Part shown: piece after piece, positions 59,030 through 64,000 of the stretch
Position numbering within the stretch: position 1 is the first letter of the stretch
How the letters are laid out: each line of letters starts with the position of its first letter
Assembly: GCA_000002445.1 (NCBI GenBank)
Contig: AE017150.2
Coordinates: forward strand, 288,001 to 352,000
Direction: 5' to 3'
Length of the DNA: 64,000 nucleotides
DNA from: Trypanosoma brucei
Taxonomy: Eukaryota
Notes under the pieces: generated by a model
Databases searched by the model: none
Seen by the model: only the letters and a program-made list of their open reading frames with translations
Told to the model about the DNA's origin: nothing
Made by a program: the position numbers and the translations under genes

Positions 59030-61648
59030 ATGCTGCTGCCCACTCTCGAGCGGTTGTTGGAGCGGTGTGGACGCCCCATTTTTAGTAATGTTGAGGACGT
59101 GCGAATGGTAATGGCATCATTGCTCGACATTTCCGCCTACGTGGACCGAGCGAGTACAAAAGTGATTGCGAAACCGCTTCGGCGTTTCTGCCACAAGGAT
59201 CCCGACACGGTTGCATCCGTCATGGAGGCGGTTCCTATTGACGCTGCGGAGCCCACTCATGGTCGCCGGGCCGCGATGTTACTCCGCTGTTTACCAAAGC
59301 ACAGTTGTGATGAGGTTATTTGGGAGCGAGCAGTTGCCGCTACACTGGCGGGTCTGAAAAGCCGGAAATGGGATTTACATGATTATCGTGTTGCCATGGC
59401 TCATGCAGGTAGAGGGGGCCGTCACGCACCAGCGTTGGCTGCGGCTGCGGAGGAATTCGTGAGTTCTTCAGCGCGCACGGCCTCGCAAAGTGAGCTTCCA
59501 GCCCTTCTAGTCATTTTAACATCGCTTCCGGAGTTAAAGCGCTCTCCATGTTTGCAAGTGGCAGCTGACCGCATTGTGCAGCTTTCGGAGATTCTTTCGC
59601 CAGCAGCGATTGGCCAAATATGCGCAAGTGTAAATAAGGTATCTTTTAGACATACAGCTATGGCAATTGCTCTTCAGGAGGAGGCTATTCGGTTTGCAGA
59701 AGAGAGTGATCTTTTTAGTGCTGTTCAACTCTTTAGTTTTATCTGCCAACAGGAGAAGGAAGCCATCAGTCCGGATGCTGTTAAATGTTTGGCGGAACGA
59801 GTAATTGAAGGGAAGGATTTGGACCAGGAGACCGTTTCGGTACTCTGTCGGGCTTTGCGCTCGATACCGCGGCCACATCGGCCCGAGCTGCTGCGTGAAA
59901 TTGGGGAGATGATGGAGTTTTTAGGTGGGGAAGTGAAGGAATTGTTGGAGTTGCCAGTAGCCAAAGGTGGGCTTAAAGGTGATGTGTCAGCGGGGGACAT
60001 TCAGTCATTCATTTCCAAGTTCCTTTCACTGGATGGCTTGTTACCTGCGGATCATGATCGTCCTGGCACCTACATGGCCGCTATTGTGGCTTGCGTGGAT
60101 TACATCACCGAGAGGTTGGAGGACATTGTGTCTGATGAAAATCCACCCTTTTCCATAATTCCCCACCTTCTTAATATTAATATGGAGGAGACGCGACGGT
60201 GTGGACAAGCGATTATTAGGGAGGCAGCTGAGCAGGGAATTCACTTTCCCACTTTACAGGTTTTTCGTTTCCTTCTTGCCTTAGGGGACCATAACATGCG
60301 GGACCAGCGTGTGTACAGACACCTCCGCAACGAGTTCGCCAAGACAGCCTCTGATATTCCGATGATTCAACTCTGTGCCGCCCTAAAATGTTTTGTGCGA
60401 GGCCTCATGCAGAATGTTGAGACACAGTCGTTAGATGAGCAGGTGGAGCATGAGCTAGAGAAAGAGGATATGGATGCCTTCCTGCGATTTTGTGTAGAGA
60501 ACCTTCGGCGTGGATTTGCCGACGGGATGGAGGTGAAGTGCGTGATGGCCGCCACGGAGAGTTTATATCAACTTGGTTACACATCCACAGAATTTTATGA
60601 GCAGGTGGCGCGTTACCTCGGTTCCAAGTGCTCCTCCGCGTCGGCTTCTGTGAACAGCAGCGAAACGGCCACTGCGGTGTGTTTAGCCCTCGGTGAAGAT
60701 ATTCTTGACCGCCATCCGGATGTTCATACCTTTCTTTTAGAGGTGGAGAAAAGCGGGTTGAAAGGTGAGGCGTCTCTTTCACCCACAGAATGGATGAACA
60801 AAAACGACCCGGCGAACTTTATAACGCCCCTCACTGAAATTCAGCAGGAGGGATGGAATATTATTAACCGCATGGTTGAGACGCGTGCGGCGGACACTGA
60901 GAAGTTGACGGCTCTCGCCAATGAGTACGTGGCAATATTGAAATCCACACGTGTGGACGATCTCAAGTACTTTTTTGGGGTCTTTGAGGAAAAGGTGTTT
61001 AAGCAGGATAGGATATTGAAACAGTGCTTAGATTACCTTGTGGAAAGCAACGCAGCTGTTAAACTTTCCGCGACGAGCATTGGAGCCATGCTCAACAGTC
61101 TTGCTGCCATCCGTTTCACATATCACAGGAGCGTGAAACAATTTATGATCGCCATTAGTACAGAGCAATGGAGTGAGATGGATGCATCACCCCTCGTAAA
61201 GATTGTGTCTGCGATGGCAAAACTTTCTTTGCGGCTCCCGCAAGTGTTGGTACATGTGGGCGATCGGCTGCTGGATGTTTACACGTTTCTTTCTCCATTG
61301 GACACGGCTCTTGTTATTAATTCTCTGCAGTCCATCGGGTACGGCAATGACGAAGTGTTGATGATGTTGATGCGGCATGCAGCAAGTAGTGCACGACGAT
61401 GGGATGAAGTTTCATTAACATTGTTATTTGGTGCATCTGGTGTGCATCGGTTACTGAGGAATGTTGAGGTAGCAGCGCCACTTCTCGAGCAGGCTGCGGG
61501 TAAAACTTCCTCACCGCATCTCCGCCAGCGTATTGCTGCATCATTACGCCGTTCAGCGCTTCCCCGTGCATTAGTGCAGTCATCCACCAGTTTATTAACA
61601 GGAGGGGCACATGAGGTGGTGAATAATCCGCCTTTACAGCTGGTGTGA
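59030..61648 (+). CDS. Hypothetical alpha-helical protein, 872 aa
   Basis: This is a long uninterrupted ORF in the unit orientation, leucine/alanine-rich with a helical-repeat character. I recognise no catalytic motif. Confidence 0.6.
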   Translation: MLLPTLERLLERCGRPIFSNVEDVRMVMASLLDISAYVDRASTKVIAKPLRRFCHKDPDTVASVMEAVPIDAAEPTHGRRAAMLLRCLPKHSCDEVIWERAVAATLAGLKSRKWDLHDYRVAMAHAGRGGRHAPALAAAAEEFVSSSARTASQSELPALLVILTSLPELKRSPCLQVAADRIVQLSEILSPAAIGQICASVNKVSFRHTAMAIALQEEAIRFAEESDLFSAVQLFSFICQQEKEAISPDAVKCLAERVIEGKDLDQETVSVLCRALRSIPRPHRPELLREIGEMMEFLGGEVKELLELPVAKGGLKGDVSAGDIQSFISKFLSLDGLLPADHDRPGTYMAAIVACVDYITERLEDIVSDENPPFSIIPHLLNINMEETRRCGQAIIREAAEQGIHFPTLQVFRFLLALGDHNMRDQRVYRHLRNEFAKTASDIPMIQLCAALKCFVRGLMQNVETQSLDEQVEHELEKEDMDAFLRFCVENLRRGFADGMEVKCVMAATESLYQLGYTSTEFYEQVARYLGSKCSSASASVNSSETATAVCLALGEDILDRHPDVHTFLLEVEKSGLKGEASLSPTEWMNKNDPANFITPLTEIQQEGWNIINRMVETRAADTEKLTALANEYVAILKSTRVDDLKYFFGVFEEKVFKQDRILKQCLDYLVESNAAVKLSATSIGAMLNSLAAIRFTYHRSVKQFMIAISTEQWSEMDASPLVKIVSAMAKLSLRLPQVLVHVGDRLLDVYTFLSPLDTALVINSLQSIGYGNDEVLMMLMRHAASSARRWDEVSLTLLFGASGVHRLLRNVEVAAPLLEQAAGKTSSPHLRQRIAASLRRSALPRALVQSSTSLLTGGAHEVVNNPPLQLV

Positions 61649-62840
61649 AGTGTGTTGGAGTTTATTTAAGAAATGGGGCGGGAAGGGGGAGGGAGGGAGA
61701 AATAAATAATGGTGTGTGCGTGTGTGTGTGTGTGTGTGTGGTGGGGGGAAAAGAAGGAGGGAAAAAGGGAAGATCAGAACAAATGGTGCACATGATGACG
61801 CGGAATTTGGGGATAGGCGTGGAAAATGGACGGATAATGGGAAGTGTATCGTTTTCGTTTTTTCGTTTTGTTTTTGTTTTTGTTTTGTCTCTCTTTCTTT
61901 CTCTCTCTCTCTCTCCGCTCGTGTAAAGGAGTGAGAGGAGAGTCAGTGAGGTGATTATATGACCACGTGCGGTCGCGCGCTCATTCACTCAGAGTTTTGG
62001 ATACCTTTTACCCATCCGTAACATTAAATGACACACGCCCCCTTTTCTTTTTTTCTTTTTTCCTCCCTTTGGTTCAGTTATTAAATGTTTGTGCATCCGT
62101 GTGTTTGTGCTTGTGTGTCTGTTTCTTTCCCCCCTTTCCCCCCTTGTGGTGACTTTATCGTAATCTTCAGCCGCTAATTATATTCTCTACGTTGCATGTG
62201 TGCATTTGTTTTCGGTCCTCTTTCTGAGGAATTTATGACCGTACATTTCCTTTTTCATTCACAGTTTGTCCATAAGAGACATGTGATGACATGTAATTCC
62301 TGCTGCATTTCCATCAGTTCCATCATTTCCATCTCTATCATCTTTCTTTTTTTTTTTTTCTTTTTCTGCCTTTTCTCCACTCACTTCAAATCCCCCCTGT
62401 CCCTTCACTTCCACAACATTCATTTACTCACCTCAGGATTGGTTTCTTAAAGCACATTACCTTTGGTTATAAATCACTATTAGTATTATTATCAGTATTT
62501 TTTTCCTTTTTGTTTTTTTACTTCAGTTTCAAGTTTTGTTTTTTTTAATTTTTATAAATATTATTATTATTCCTTTTTGCCCCGTTACTCCTGTTTTCTT
62601 TTTTCTTTTCCTTTTGAGAGTGCCATTTTGAGGGGTACTGTTTCGGGCAAGAGCATATATATATATATATATTTTGTTCTTACAAAAAGAAAAATAAAAT
62701 AAAACAAAAGGAAAGGAAAGGAAAGGAAAGAACACGAAAGAGAAGAAAACAAAAGCAACTTGTGTTGCGTTGCGTTGGCAAAATTAACAACGGCACCAAC
62801 ACTTGAAGAGGTGAGGAAAAAAAAAAGAAGCAAAAAAAAC

Positions 62841-62870
62841 ATATATATATATATTTATATATATATATAT
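62841..62870. repeat. (AT)n microsatellite immediately upstream of ATG3
   Basis: Read directly from the sequence. Confidence 0.85.
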
Positions 62871-62880
62871 AATAAAAGCG

Positions 62881-63765
62881 TTGAGGATGAACAAACAAAG
62901 TTTGTATGAAGGTTTCAAGAAAGTTTACAACAGTGTTGTTGGTGTTAAAACGACTTCAAGCTTCCATGAAACGGGAACTTTAACCCCGATGGAATTTATT
63001 CAAGCTGGAGATGAACTGCTGCACAAAATGCCCGTGTGGTCATGGGCTGAAGGACCTGAAAACATCCAACCATTTCTTCCACCGAACAAAAAGTACCTCG
63101 TTTATCGTGGCGCTCCCTGTTATGAGCGGGCAGCGGTGGCGGGAAATGATGATGCAGATGAAATTGTAGAAGATGATGATGATGAGTGGATAACAACGCA
63201 TGCAAATCGCGTATTAAAAGCAACCACAGAAATAGCTGCCGAAAAGACCATAAACTGGGACGATGATGATGATGATGATGATGCTAATAATAATAATAAT
63301 GTTGTTGTTGTTGACAGTAGCCGTAAAGATGAAGGTGACGACGACGAGGATGCGGACAGGGACCAAACGGAGCGGCGACGGTGTCGACTGTATGATGTTT
63401 ATATGGTATACGATCAATATTATCAAACTCCACGTATATTTCTTATTGGTTACGCTGAAGATCACGTCACACCTCTCACAACATCCGAAATGATGGAAGA
63501 TGTTTATCCGGTGAATCGTGAGAGAACTGTTTCAATTGATCCTCATCCATTCCTGCAAGCCGCTTGCATCAGCATTCATCCGTGTCGCCATGCTGAAACA
63601 ATGCGGCGGATGATTCAACACATGAAGCAACGATTTGAGGAAAGTTCACCAGAAACGGCAAAGTTTGTCTTCCCAACACATATGGCATTATTTCTTTTCC
63701 TCAAATTCATTTCCTCTGCAGTGCCGAGCATCGAATATGATTTGTCGACAGGTATCGACATTTAA
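62881..63765 (+). CDS. ATG3: Autophagy-related protein 3 (ATG3), the E2-like enzyme for ATG8 lipidation
   Basis: The N-terminal helix and the HETGTLTPMEFIQAGDELLH...WSWA segment match ATG3. The catalytic HPC motif is present in FLQAACISIHPCRHAETM. An acidic flexible region (DDDDDDDD...) is present. The conserved C-terminus FLFLKFISSAVPSIEYDLS matches the ...LKF..VIPTIEYDYT tail of ATG3. Confidence 0.85.
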   Translation: MRMNKQSLYEGFKKVYNSVVGVKTTSSFHETGTLTPMEFIQAGDELLHKMPVWSWAEGPENIQPFLPPNKKYLVYRGAPCYERAAVAGNDDADEIVEDDDDEWITTHANRVLKATTEIAAEKTINWDDDDDDDDANNNNNVVVVDSSRKDEGDDDEDADRDQTERRRCRLYDVYMVYDQYYQTPRIFLIGYAEDHVTPLTTSEMMEDVYPVNRERTVSIDPHPFLQAACISIHPCRHAETMRRMIQHMKQRFEESSPETAKFVFPTHMALFLFLKFISSAVPSIEYDLSTGIDI

Positions 63766-64000
63766 AAATGGACCACGTGCGTTTGTTTGTGTTTGTGTTC
63801 ATTATCTATCGCCGTGCTTATGGGCGAGGTCTAACTCCTTGCATTTCTTTTCTCTTTCTTTTTTCGTTTTTGCCAATTTTGCAATCCGCCGGTTAGTTCC
63901 GTCTCATATTTGTATAATGTAATGTAATGTATTTATTATTATTATTACTATTATTAAGTGTTGCCGATCCTCTTTTGCTACCGTGTTTTCCCTCCCATAT

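Overview
This window looks like a Trypanosoma brucei-group nuclear chromosome segment. Genes are intron-less and packed into directional polycistronic units with polypyrimidine/AG trans-splice signals. The window contains a non-LTR retroelement related to ingi/L1Tc, and the housekeeping genes match kinetoplastid orthologues. I recall DNA polymerase delta and ISWI being adjacent on T. brucei chromosome 2, but I have not verified that.

From left to right:
- About 2.4 kb with no convincing gene.
- A roughly 8 kb array of about 275 units of a 29-bp AT-rich satellite (2376-10392).
- A 5.2 kb degenerate ingi/DIRE-like retrotransposon abutting the array (about 10.5-15.7 kb), with three more satellite relic units on its far side.
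- A short leftward unit carrying a cyclophilin (16670-17260, -) and a 310-aa hypothetical gene (18671-19603, -).
- A gene-poor divergent strand-switch region of about 8 kb.
- A long rightward unit: a second cyclophilin copy (27689-28279, +), two diverged EGF-like type I membrane proteins, small conserved proteins, GPI-GlcNAc transferase PIG-A/GPI3, DNA polymerase delta catalytic subunit, ISWI, an EF-hand protein kinase, a TPR protein, an 872-aa hypothetical protein and ATG3.

The second cyclophilin copy is an inverted duplicate of the first, so 1.3 kb inverted repeats bracket the strand-switch region. The second EGF-like gene is flanked by 955-bp direct repeats.

The observations most worth follow-up are:
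- The satellite, retroelement and unit boundary together match the architecture of T. brucei regional centromeres.
- The inverted repeat straddles the divergent strand-switch region.
- The head/tail remnants of a tandem array surround the second EGF-like gene.

The very long ORFs in the supplied track across 2.4-10.1 kb are artefacts of the stop-free satellite.
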